Assembly (NCBI GenBank): GCA_023256405.1
Contig: JAGDXK010000010.1
Coordinates: 12,250 to 54,466, forward strand
Direction: 5' to 3'
Origin: Nitrososphaerales archaeon
GTDB taxonomy: Archaea; Thermoproteota; Nitrososphaeria; Conexivisphaerales; UBA164
Length of the DNA stretch: 42,217 nt
The notes below the pieces were generated by a model that worked only from the letters and a program-made list of their open reading frames with translations, made no database searches and was not told where the DNA came from. The translations under genes and the position numbers were made by a program. Shown here one piece after another: positions 34,744-42,217 of this stretch. Position 1 is the stretch's first letter, and every line of letters starts with the position of its first letter.

Positions 34744-35085
34744 ATGCCCAAGTTCTGTCCAAAAGATGGAACTCTGATGAGGTTAAAGAGCCAGAAAAAG
34801 GGACAGCAGGTCCAGCTCGTTTACGTCTGCCCAACCTGCGGTTATACCGAGAAGTACAAGAAGGAAAAGGTGCTTGAGGAGAAGATTACGGAAGAGGAGG
34901 CATCTCTTAAGGTCATAGACCAGGTATCAGATTTATCAGCTCTTCCAACGGTCACAGTCACATGTCCAAAGTGTGGAAACGATAAAGCTTACTGGTGGAT
35001 GGTTCAGACAAGGGCAGCGGATGAGCCTCCCACGCAGTTCTACAGATGCACAAAGTGCGGATACACCTGGAGGGTCTACTCCTGA
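34744..35085 (+). CDS. tfs: Transcription factor S (TFIIS-like cleavage factor)
   Basis: The N-terminal zinc ribbon is FCPKDG...CPTCGY. The C-terminal TFIIS-type ribbon is CPKCGNDKAYWWMVQTRAADEPPTQFYRCTKCGYTW, with the acidic DE hairpin intact. Confidence 0.85.
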   Translation: MPKFCPKDGTLMRLKSQKKGQQVQLVYVCPTCGYTEKYKKEKVLEEKITEEEASLKVIDQVSDLSALPTVTVTCPKCGNDKAYWWMVQTRAADEPPTQFYRCTKCGYTWRVYS

Positions 35086-35094
35086 ACACACGCT

Positions 35095-36555
35095 TCATAT
35101 TTGTCCTATAGCTATTCCATCTCCCCTTATGTCAGCGTACGCTAGCCTTTCTCGCCCCACGAGCTGAACGCCATGGCCTACGCCCGTGGCTCCAGGATAT
35201 CTGATCTTTTTTATCCCTGCTTTGATTCCCTCCTCTGCAAAGGCCTGCTTTCCATCCCAGAGGAACCTAGGAGCCTCTATTGCCTCTCCTATGTTCATCC
35301 CCCTGTCTATGATGTTGGTTATGATTAGAAAATGCTGCTGCGGGCGATAATGTCCCCCGCTTATGCCGAACGCGAAGGAAAATGAGGCATTTTTAGTCGC
35401 TATAACCGAGCTGAGCGTGTGGAGAGGTCTTTTATGCGGCTTCAGTGAGTTAGGTCCGCTGAGCTTGAAGTCGCTCGCCCTGTTGTTAAGCACAATCATG
35501 TGTTTAGGATGTGTAATCCTTGATCCAAACGAATAATAGAGGCTATGTATTCCCGAGACAACCATGCCTTTACCGTCCATTACAACGAAGTTTGTTGTGT
35601 CACCGTCCTCAATTCTGGTGCCGTTGGGCTTGGCTGAAACACTGAGCATCCTTTCAACGGGAACATCTACAAACCTCGGATCTCCTAAGTACCTGTCTCT
35701 TATGGCATAGGCCGCCTCATACGCCTTGATGGCCCTTTTGATGCCCGCGTCATCGAATTCGAGCCTCTTGTCCTTTAACTGATTCAGTATCATTAGCGTG
35801 GTTATGCCCTGGCTGTTTGGTGGCGATTCATAGATCCTGTAGTCCCTGTACACCAAGCTCAGTGGCTCCGCCTCCTCAGGCCTAAAGCTTGTGAAGTCAT
35901 TTTTCTTCATTACTCCACCTAAGCTCTGCACGTAATCCGCAATGTCTTTTGATACCTCGTCATAAAAGTACTCGGGGCCATACTCGGCCAGCCCTTTAAT
36001 GACTTCAGCAAGCCCCTTCAGCTCTATTCTTTCCCACCGACCTTTTCCAAAAATCGATGCCGTAGCTTCATCGTGATACCCTGAGAGCATTTCCTCTACA
36101 GCCGCAGCCAACCTTCCGGATAAGACTAGCCCTTTTTCGGCGATCCTCACCGGCATCTCCAGCAACTCTTTCCACTCCATGCTGCCATATTTTCTCCACA
36201 TTTCGTAAACACCGTAAACAAATCCAGGCACAACCGGCGACAGAGGTCCAAAGCGAGGCACCTCAGAAAGGCCCTTTTTGCGTATAACGTCCTCGAGGTC
36301 CTCGGGGGCCCAGCCACTGCCGTTGATGAACTTCACTGATCCATCGTTATAAATCATTGCCATAAAGTCCCCTCCGAGCCCGCATAGGCTTGGTTGCACC
36401 ACCGATAAAACGAAGGAAACGGTCACAGATGCGTCAACTGCGTTGCCTCCCCTGTTTAGGACATCTAGCCCGGCTATGCTGGAAAGCGCATGCTCGCTTG
36501 TTACAACCCCGCTTTCCCCCGCGAACACTGGCTTTAACAACGGAAGCTTTACCAT
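35095..36555 (-). CDS. ggt: Gamma-glutamyltranspeptidase family (Ntn hydrolase)
   Basis: This is a 486-aa protein. The predicted autoprocessing/nucleophile Thr lies in EDGDTTNFVVMD. The N-terminal GGNAVDA and SLCGLGGD motifs and the C-terminal DIRGDG motif are present. Confidence 0.85.
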   Translation of the reverse strand: MVKLPLLKPVFAGESGVVTSEHALSSIAGLDVLNRGGNAVDASVTVSFVLSVVQPSLCGLGGDFMAMIYNDGSVKFINGSGWAPEDLEDVIRKKGLSEVPRFGPLSPVVPGFVYGVYEMWRKYGSMEWKELLEMPVRIAEKGLVLSGRLAAAVEEMLSGYHDEATASIFGKGRWERIELKGLAEVIKGLAEYGPEYFYDEVSKDIADYVQSLGGVMKKNDFTSFRPEEAEPLSLVYRDYRIYESPPNSQGITTLMILNQLKDKRLEFDDAGIKRAIKAYEAAYAIRDRYLGDPRFVDVPVERMLSVSAKPNGTRIEDGDTTNFVVMDGKGMVVSGIHSLYYSFGSRITHPKHMIVLNNRASDFKLSGPNSLKPHKRPLHTLSSVIATKNASFSFAFGISGGHYRPQQHFLIITNIIDRGMNIGEAIEAPRFLWDGKQAFAEEGIKAGIKKIRYPGATGVGHGVQLVGRERLAYADIRGDGIAIGQI

Positions 36556-36615
36556 TGCTCAGCATAAAAAGCTTTTTAAAAACCGGCCTCAAAAAATAAG
36601 AGTCATATTAACTCG

Positions 36616-38148
36616 TTACTTTCTGAGAAGCGTTGGTATGCTGAAGATCACCGCTATTAGCAGGTTTATTGAAAGCGCGATCAGGCCTATCCAGATGAAG
36701 TATCCGCCCAGGTGGAAGAAGCTGGTCTGAAGCGCCTTGAATTTGTTGGCCACCTCTACGAGGTATATTCCGGATGCGATCCCCGCCAGAAGACCTGCTG
36801 TGAGGGCGTACCTGTTAAGTCTGTTAGTTATAAGGCCCAGAAAAACAGGGGGAAGCGTCTGGAGTATTATTATGCCTCCAAGAAGCTGCAGCTGAATAGC
36901 ATATGTCGCGGGAACTATGAACACAAAGCCAAGCGCTATGAACTTGAAAATCACTGATGCCCATTTGGATATTCTGGTTTCCGTCTCAGGCTTAATCTGA
37001 GGCCAGAAGGGCTTTATTATGTTTCTTGTAAGCAGGTTGGCCTGCGCGATAGCCATTATAGCGGCCGGCACCAGCCCTCCCACGAATATACCAAGAAGCA
37101 CAACCCCTGCAAGCCAGCCAGGCAGAGCTGTTACAGCCAGGGCCGGTATTGAATAGATACCTCTGCTTGAGAGTGGGAAGTTGCTGAGCAGCTTCATTGC
37201 AGCCTGATCCGAGTACACAAGCAGTCCAAGAAGCGCTAGCAGGGCCAGGCCAATCCCGTAGATAGGCAGGAGCGCATCGCTGAGGGCAAGCTCCTTCTTA
37301 CCTGAGGCGCTCAGCGAGCCGTTAATTGAATGCGGATAGAGGAAGAGCGCAAAGGTGCTCCCGATCCAGATCGTTGTGTACCCTGCCTCCAAGGCTGGAG
37401 ATGGTTTCATGTATTCAATTCCTGTTGAAAGCCAGGCTACGTGCTTGGCAGCAAGCGCAGCAGAAAAGCTCTGGGCAGCTGTGAAAGCTGATGAAAAACC
37501 TCCAAACTCGATGGGCACTACAACTATGAGCGTAATCACCGAGAGGAAGATCAGTGCGTCCTTCATGACCGCTCCCAGCGTAACCCCTCTGAGGCCGCTT
37601 GTAAACGTGAAAGCAGCAAGAATTATGAAAGACACTGTGAGCGCTATATCTGTTACCAGCTTGACGTTGCTGGTGATTCCGAGGAGCATAATGCCAAGAA
37701 CAGCCTGCATCCCGATTATCTGGAGGGCTATATAGGGCAGCTCGGCTATGATTCCCGTAAGGGCAACTAGCGCTGCAAGGGTTTTGCTGGAGAACCTATC
37801 TTCAACCATGTCAGCAGCTGTTATGTAGCCCCTTTCTCTTGACCACTGCCAGAGCCTGGGCATCGTTACCATCGCAACCATGAACGTTGTCGCGACGTAT
37901 GGGACAGCAAAGAAGTAGAGAGCTCCTGAAGCGAAGATGCCAGACGGAACTGCTACGAAAGTGTAAGCTGTGTAAACATCAGCGCCTATCAGGAACCATG
38001 CAAGGAAAACTCCAAGTCTTCTGCCGGCCAGTGCCCATTCGTGCAGCTTAGAGAGGTCACCCCTTCTCCATCTTGCGCCATAGAAGCCAAGGAAGGTGAA
38101 GATAACAAAGAGGACTATGAACGTTGCCCATCCATCTATTCCTATCAA
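36616..38148 (-). CDS. Sodium:solute symporter (SSS) family transporter
   Basis: This 510-aa protein has about 13 TM spans. The N-terminal FLGFYGARWRRGD...EWALAGRRLG is typical of SSS members. It is paired with a small DUF3311-type subunit. Confidence 0.85.
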   Translation of the reverse strand: MIGIDGWATFIVLFVIFTFLGFYGARWRRGDLSKLHEWALAGRRLGVFLAWFLIGADVYTAYTFVAVPSGIFASGALYFFAVPYVATTFMVAMVTMPRLWQWSRERGYITAADMVEDRFSSKTLAALVALTGIIAELPYIALQIIGMQAVLGIMLLGITSNVKLVTDIALTVSFIILAAFTFTSGLRGVTLGAVMKDALIFLSVITLIVVVPIEFGGFSSAFTAAQSFSAALAAKHVAWLSTGIEYMKPSPALEAGYTTIWIGSTFALFLYPHSINGSLSASGKKELALSDALLPIYGIGLALLALLGLLVYSDQAAMKLLSNFPLSSRGIYSIPALAVTALPGWLAGVVLLGIFVGGLVPAAIMAIAQANLLTRNIIKPFWPQIKPETETRISKWASVIFKFIALGFVFIVPATYAIQLQLLGGIIILQTLPPVFLGLITNRLNRYALTAGLLAGIASGIYLVEVANKFKALQTSFFHLGGYFIWIGLIALSINLLIAVIFSIPTLLRK

Positions 38149-38369
38149 TTTTCGTCACCCCTGTAGATCAGAAGGGCGGCCACGACATACAGAATCGATG
38201 AAATTGCCAGCCACACTGTCTGGTACCAGTAAAAGTAGGTCACTCCAAAGAGCGTTGGCTCCGCTTTGTCATAGCTGCTTATCCAGAGATATGCAATCCA
38301 GGGTATTATCAGCAGAACAAAGGCAACGAGCTTCCTTGAGAGGTCCTTCTGCGATGCTTTTTCCTGCAT
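38145..38369 (-). CDS. Small two-TM membrane protein (DUF3311-like SSS accessory subunit)
   Basis: This 74-aa protein has two hydrophobic helices. It overlaps the SSS gene start by 4 nt, the arrangement typical of DUF3311/YhdT-like partners. Confidence 0.6.
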   Translation of the reverse strand: MQEKASQKDLSRKLVAFVLLIIPWIAYLWISSYDKAEPTLFGVTYFYWYQTVWLAISSILYVVAALLIYRGDEN

Positions 38370-38560
38370 GCATATGTTAATTTATCATCCTATATAAAAC
38401 TTTATACCTGCACGTCGTTTTTGTTCATTAACAAGGCGTTATTCCTTCGCAATTTTAAAAAAATATTAACTTTTTGACAGTTAAATCGTTAAATTCTACG
38501 CTTAAAGGAGACGCAAGCCGCCAGCAGGAGCATTTGGGGTCAGCTATCAGTGAAGACAGG

Positions 38561-39727
38561 TCAGCGCTGATATTTTTTGAATAGGAGGTAGAATCCATAT
38601 ACTGAGGCCGAGTACAGCGCTGCAGTAAAGAAGAACGGAAGGTTAAGGTATCCAAGCTGGATAAAGAATCCACTTATAAAAGGCCCGAACGATCTTGGCA
38701 GGGAGTCAAAGAAGTTTATTATAGACGAAGCAAGCGACCTTTCATCCTCAGGTATCAGCCTCATTATAAAGCTGTTCTGTATTGGCGCCGACATGTTCAT
38801 AAGAAGGCTTCTCAGCACGTAGAGAGCCCCCGCTAAATAATAAAACGGCATGAAAGGCATAGCTACCAGGATTAATATCGAGGCAGCTTCGGTGTAAACT
38901 ATTGTGCTTATTTCACCTATTCTAAGAGCCATGGATGGGGTTGCAAGGCTTGCGAGGGCCGTGAGAAATCCAGTAAGAGCGAACAGCGGTCCCAGAACGT
39001 TCACGTTAACACCATATCTAAGATAGAACCAGAGCGGGAATATTCTAACAAGAACCCCTGCCCCGAGACCTATCATGCCCAGAACCGAGAGCCTTGTAAC
39101 TATCTTCCTTGAAGCCCGTGGAAATATAGTTATTCTGTCCCTCTTTCCTCTGTACCTTTCGTTCACCATCACAAGCGGGACCAGCGATAGAAGCGAGCCG
39201 GCCGACGCCATGATAAAGAGAACCCTATAGGACTCGACAAGCGTCATGTGGAAGTAGCTCATTAGATAGGGAGGAATGGAACCCAGAAGCATTCCAGCGG
39301 ACGAGGCTATGCCGTTTGTGAAGCTTGAGAACGCAAAAACGTAGTTCCTGTTTGAGTCATCCGACTTCTCAGCCAGCAGTGCCATAAAGCTTGAGCCTGA
39401 GTTTGCAAAGGATATGCCCAGAAGGGTCACTGCAAGTAGCACCTCTGGCAGTCCGCTGAACACAGAAAGGATCGCATAAGCTGCAAACGAAAGGGCTCTG
39501 GCCTGCGCGATAAACCTCTTTCTACCGTAGGCGTCCGACAGAGCCCCAATGGGCATCATGAGAAGCGATCCGATTAACGTGTTAAAGGTGAGCACTATGC
39601 CTATCTGTATCGGCTGGTATCCTATCTCAGCAAGGTAGACCGGAAAGTCAACCCACATGAACCCCTGTGAAAGCGCAATTATTATTGAGGAATAGATGAG
39701 AAGGCGAGCCTCTTCTCCAATCTTCAA
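38561..39727 (-). CDS. MFS transporter, unknown substrate
   Basis: This 388-aa protein has 12 predicted TM spans. Its MFS loop 2-3 motif is GALSDAYGRKRF. Confidence 0.75.
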   Translation of the reverse strand: MKIGEEARLLIYSSIIIALSQGFMWVDFPVYLAEIGYQPIQIGIVLTFNTLIGSLLMMPIGALSDAYGRKRFIAQARALSFAAYAILSVFSGLPEVLLAVTLLGISFANSGSSFMALLAEKSDDSNRNYVFAFSSFTNGIASSAGMLLGSIPPYLMSYFHMTLVESYRVLFIMASAGSLLSLVPLVMVNERYRGKRDRITIFPRASRKIVTRLSVLGMIGLGAGVLVRIFPLWFYLRYGVNVNVLGPLFALTGFLTALASLATPSMALRIGEISTIVYTEAASILILVAMPFMPFYYLAGALYVLRSLLMNMSAPIQNSFIMRLIPEDERSLASSIINFFDSLPRSFGPFISGFFIQLGYLNLPFFFTAALYSASVYGFYLLFKKYQR

Positions 39728-39855
39728 TTTTTACAGCAAAAATAGAAATGCCACAGCTTAAAAAGCATGCCAAAGATTTGAGCAGGCCGCGTGGATCTTT
39801 TAAGCGGTTAAGACCCTAGAGAGTCTCAGACCGACAGAGCAGTTTTAGTTAAGAA

Positions 39856-39862
39856 TTTAAAT
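39856..39862 (+). promoter_or_regulatory. TATA box (TTTAAAT) for tRNA-Pro
   Basis: It is centred about 27 nt upstream of the tRNA 5' end at 39886. Confidence 0.55.
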
Positions 39863-39885
39863 CCAGCTCAGTATTTAAAGCGTGA

Positions 39886-39961
39886 GGGGCCGTCGTCTAG
39901 CCTGGTCTAGGATGCCAGCCTGGGGCGCTGGCGGTCGTGGGTTCAAATCCCACCGGCCCCA
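39886..39961 (+). tRNA. tRNA-Pro (anticodon GGG)
   Basis: The hand-folded cloverleaf has acceptor GGGGCCG/CGGCCCC, anticodon arm CCAGC-CUGGGGC-GCUGG, T arm GUGGG-UUCAAAU-CCCAC and discriminator A. No CCA is encoded. Confidence 0.92.
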
Positions 39962-40087
39962 TTTTAAAACTTATGATATTCAGGCTGTGGCAGGCATTCG
40001 GTGTTATTTATGCATGAAAACGCGGAGCCGCTTTTTCAGTTCGTTGTCAAAAACGCTTAAATACGATAACAATGTAATTTTTTTGGG

Positions 40088-40504
40088 TTGTCGTCTATAG
40101 TTGAGAAGAGGTTTATAGAGGAGCTTGCCTCCTTTCTTAACAAAAGGGTAAAGGTAGTAACTGATGAAGGGGAGATAGAGGGAACCCTTTTAGCTGTTGA
40201 TCCGGCGTTAAACGTCGTGCTGGAGGTCAAGGGCGAAACAACAACGAGGGTAATCTACTCATCTAAAATGATCAGGAGGATTATGCTGCTGGAGGAGCTG
40301 TTTGACCTTAAGGCTCTTGCGGACAGGCTTAACAAGGTCTTCCCGAACATGGTCAAGCTAAGGGAGGACATAGGGGCCATAATAGTCATGGACAAGATCA
40401 AGATAACAAAGAGCGGCGTCGTCGAGGGAACAGGCCCTTCGGCAGAAAAAGCAAAGCAGGTTTACGAGGCCTACCTTCAGGAGCTCAAGTCAAAGAAGGA
40501 GTGA
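40088..40504 (+). CDS. LSm/Sm-fold protein with a C-terminal extension
   Basis: A Sm1-like motif is present (LASFLNKRVKVVTDEGEIEGTLLAVDPALNVVLE), followed by a Sm2-like MIRRIML. A ~65-aa C-terminal domain follows. The apparent start is TTG. Confidence 0.55.
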   Translation: MSSIVEKRFIEELASFLNKRVKVVTDEGEIEGTLLAVDPALNVVLEVKGETTTRVIYSSKMIRRIMLLEELFDLKALADRLNKVFPNMVKLREDIGAIIVMDKIKITKSGVVEGTGPSAEKAKQVYEAYLQELKSKKE

Positions 40505-40508
40505 GCGC

Positions 40509-41702
40509 TCAGAAAAGTATGTCCTCTATTTCCCAGGGCACCCTAAACTGCAGTATCCTCTTGTTCTCCCCCTCAATTTTAGCCACGGTCTCCAGGTTCT
40601 TTCCCTGCGTCACAAGGTAGGCGCTCATAAGAAGGAACCACGGGGACGTGGGAACTTCCGACGATCCATCCAGCTCGAGCGTTATCATCTTTGTGGTTTC
40701 ATCGTACTTTACATCACCCCCCTCAAGGTCGTTCTTTATGAGCTCTATGAAGGCCGGAAGAGCCACCCGGACATCCGCATCAAACAGGTTGGTGTTGGCC
40801 CTGTAGTACTCGAGCATCTTGTAGGATATTCTCTTTAGATCCTCGTCTCCGAGCGTCTGAAGCGCGCTGCTGAAGAAGACCCTGTATATCTGTCCATCAT
40901 CCCCCTTCAGGCTTATCAGGTCGTCCGAGAGCCCAGAGTGCATGAACTTGATGTACTCCCTTAGATCAAGGGATCCCTCAAAGCTTCTGTTGAGAAAGCT
41001 ATCAGTTATTAGCTTGACGATGTACGGTTGCATTATTACCGTCGAGGCGCCGGTTTCGGGGTTATGAATTAAAAACACCTCTTCGTCCGCCGCAATCATT
41101 CCCTTTCCGTCGGGAACCTTTCCAACCCTGACCGGTATGTCCAGGGACGCCGCTTCGTTTATCATGTCCTCGTCGCTGTAAGGCAGAAGAACCCTGACCT
41201 TCACGTCAGATAACATCATGGACATGAGCTGCTTTTCGTGCTTCTTCAGAAGCTGAAATATCTGCTGATCTGCTGCCACGTAGAACGTGTACTTTGTTCT
41301 CTTCATGAAATCCCCAAAGACGCTCTCAAGCGCCTCCTCCCCGAGTATCTGCAGGTTGCCCTTGAGCTGGGTTATTCCGTTCTTCTGGCTGAGGTACTTT
41401 ATCTCGTTAATAAGGCCCTTAATCTCCTTGTACTTCCTCTCCTCCTCCACCAGCAGAGCTTCCAGGGGCTCCGGGTTGGAGACGGCCGAAAACTTCTTGG
41501 GGCTTCCGTAGGCCTCTATAAGCTGCTTCTTTGAAAGGCCCTTAATGGCCTCATAGATCTTGGTCCTGGGAACCCCCGAGAAAAGGGCAAGTTCGCTGGC
41601 GTACAGCGGGCCCTTGACCAGCAGAGTTGCGTATACCCTCGCCTCATAATCCGTTAGACCAAGCTCCTTGAGCTTTGACACCAGCTTTATGTACTCTGAC
41701 AT
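40509..41702 (-). CDS. TrmB-family transcriptional regulator with a large C-terminal domain
   Basis: The N-terminal TrmB-type winged HTH is LGLTDYEARVYATLLVKGPLYASELALFSGVPRTKIYEAIKGLSKKQLIE, followed by a coiled-coil and a ~280-aa C-terminal region of unknown type. Confidence 0.75.
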   Translation of the reverse strand: MSEYIKLVSKLKELGLTDYEARVYATLLVKGPLYASELALFSGVPRTKIYEAIKGLSKKQLIEAYGSPKKFSAVSNPEPLEALLVEEERKYKEIKGLINEIKYLSQKNGITQLKGNLQILGEEALESVFGDFMKRTKYTFYVAADQQIFQLLKKHEKQLMSMMLSDVKVRVLLPYSDEDMINEAASLDIPVRVGKVPDGKGMIAADEEVFLIHNPETGASTVIMQPYIVKLITDSFLNRSFEGSLDLREYIKFMHSGLSDDLISLKGDDGQIYRVFFSSALQTLGDEDLKRISYKMLEYYRANTNLFDADVRVALPAFIELIKNDLEGGDVKYDETTKMITLELDGSSEVPTSPWFLLMSAYLVTQGKNLETVAKIEGENKRILQFRVPWEIEDILF

Positions 41703-41752
41703 ATGATCTAGCTTGTCATCATCATGTAATATTAGAAAAGGATGAAAGCTTT

Positions 41753-41777
41753 TGACAATCTTCTCAAAAAATTGTCA
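41753..41777. promoter_or_regulatory. Inverted repeat TGACAAT-N11-ATTGTCA in the divergent trmB-like / snf7-like intergenic region
   Basis: Perfect 7-nt arms are at 41753-41759 and 41771-41777. They lie between two divergent TATA-like elements (about 41727-41735 and about 41830-41838). Confidence 0.4.
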
Positions 41778-41858
41778 CCACGGGGTCCTGTACCTCTAGT
41801 GACATCAACATCCAGTTACAATAGGGTCATATTAAAAAGTCTCCAAGTAAATGCTGCA

Positions 41859-42217
41859 ATGAGCGAGTTTGCTAAAAGGTGGAATGCACCGGAAGGAGAA
41901 AGCCTTGGAGACAGGATCAAGGGAGCCGTAAGACCCGAGGGACCGCTCAAGCCAAGGATTGAGCAGGCAATAAGGCAGCTCCAGATACAGATAACCAAGC
42001 TCGACAACGCCGCTAACAGGCTGAAGGAGAAGGACAACCAGCTCTTCCAGAAGATAGTCAACTACCTCCAGAAGCACGACTCAGAGCACGCCACCGTGTA
42101 CGCGAACGAGCTGGCTGAGATCAGGAAGATGTACAAGATGATAAGCCAGGCAAAGCTGGCGCTCGAGCAGATAGTCACGAGGCTCTCGACTGTAACCGAC
42201 CTGGGCGACGTGGTGGT
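41859..42217 (+). CDS. Snf7/ESCRT-III-like (COG5491-type) protein, N-terminal part (3' end outside the window)
   Basis: This ORF is not in the supplied track because it runs off the window. ATG 41859 opens MSEFAKRWNAPEGESLGDRIKGAVRPEGPLKPRIEQAIRQLQIQITKLDNAANRLKEKDNQLFQKIVNYLQKHDSEHATVYANELAEIRKMYKMISQAKLALEQIVTRLSTVTDLGDVV. The helical-hairpin pattern (PLKxRI, RLxxxDxxLFxKIV, YANELAEIRK, LALEQI) matches euryarchaeal Snf7-family proteins as I recall them. Confidence 0.6.
   Translation, partial: MSEFAKRWNAPEGESLGDRIKGAVRPEGPLKPRIEQAIRQLQIQITKLDNAANRLKEKDNQLFQKIVNYLQKHDSEHATVYANELAEIRKMYKMISQAKLALEQIVTRLSTVTDLGDVV

Noticed and set aside
1-42217. I looked across the whole window for CRISPR arrays, rRNA genes, IS elements or transposases, and prophage or defence-island signatures.
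   Set aside because: I found no regularly spaced direct repeats. I found no transposase, integrase, Cas, restriction or phage-like ORFs. Every large ORF has a metabolic, transport or information-processing assignment.

Overview
The window is a gene-dense, almost entirely coding archaeal chromosomal segment. Evidence for an archaeon: an A1:U72 initiator tRNA, TATA boxes 26-28 nt upstream of tRNA 5' ends and of many start codons (leaderless mRNAs), and Hel308, TFS, Rpo11 and LSm genes. Heavy AGG/AGA/ATA codon use also fits. The gene content looks like an aerobic, heterotrophic member of the Thermoplasmata, but that placement is inference only.

Content, left to right:
- hel308 3' part and a glutaminase-less AsnB-like PP-loop protein.
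- tRNA-iMet.
- A translationally coupled metallophosphoesterase + nucleotidyltransferase pair.
- Three APC permeases and a class-V aminotransferase.
- A thioesterase, DUF998 and an MBL hydrolase.
- tRNA-Val, heme O synthase, DUF4382 and an AIM24/TIGR00266 protein.
- A ~260-nt non-coding stretch with long-range base pairing.
- An OFA-type MFS, a giant malate synthase and a second class-V aminotransferase (a glyoxylate node).
- A six-gene beta-oxidation operon, convergent etfB/etfA, a membrane Fe-S oxidoreductase, an SDR and an acyl-CoA synthetase.
- A YeeE-like protein, rpoL-tfs, GGT, an SSS symporter with its DUF3311 partner, and an MFS.
- tRNA-Pro, LSm, and a TrmB-like regulator divergent from a Snf7/ESCRT-III-like gene.

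I saw no CRISPR array, rRNA, transposase or integrase.

The most interesting items are:
- the uncharacterised NTase/phosphoesterase module;
- the structured intergenic element, and a 21-nt exact repeat it shares with another transporter 3' flank;
- a catalytically degenerate acyl-CoA dehydrogenase paired with a canonical one;
- the ETF / fused cytochrome-b-like HdrD-like oxidoreductase arrangement.
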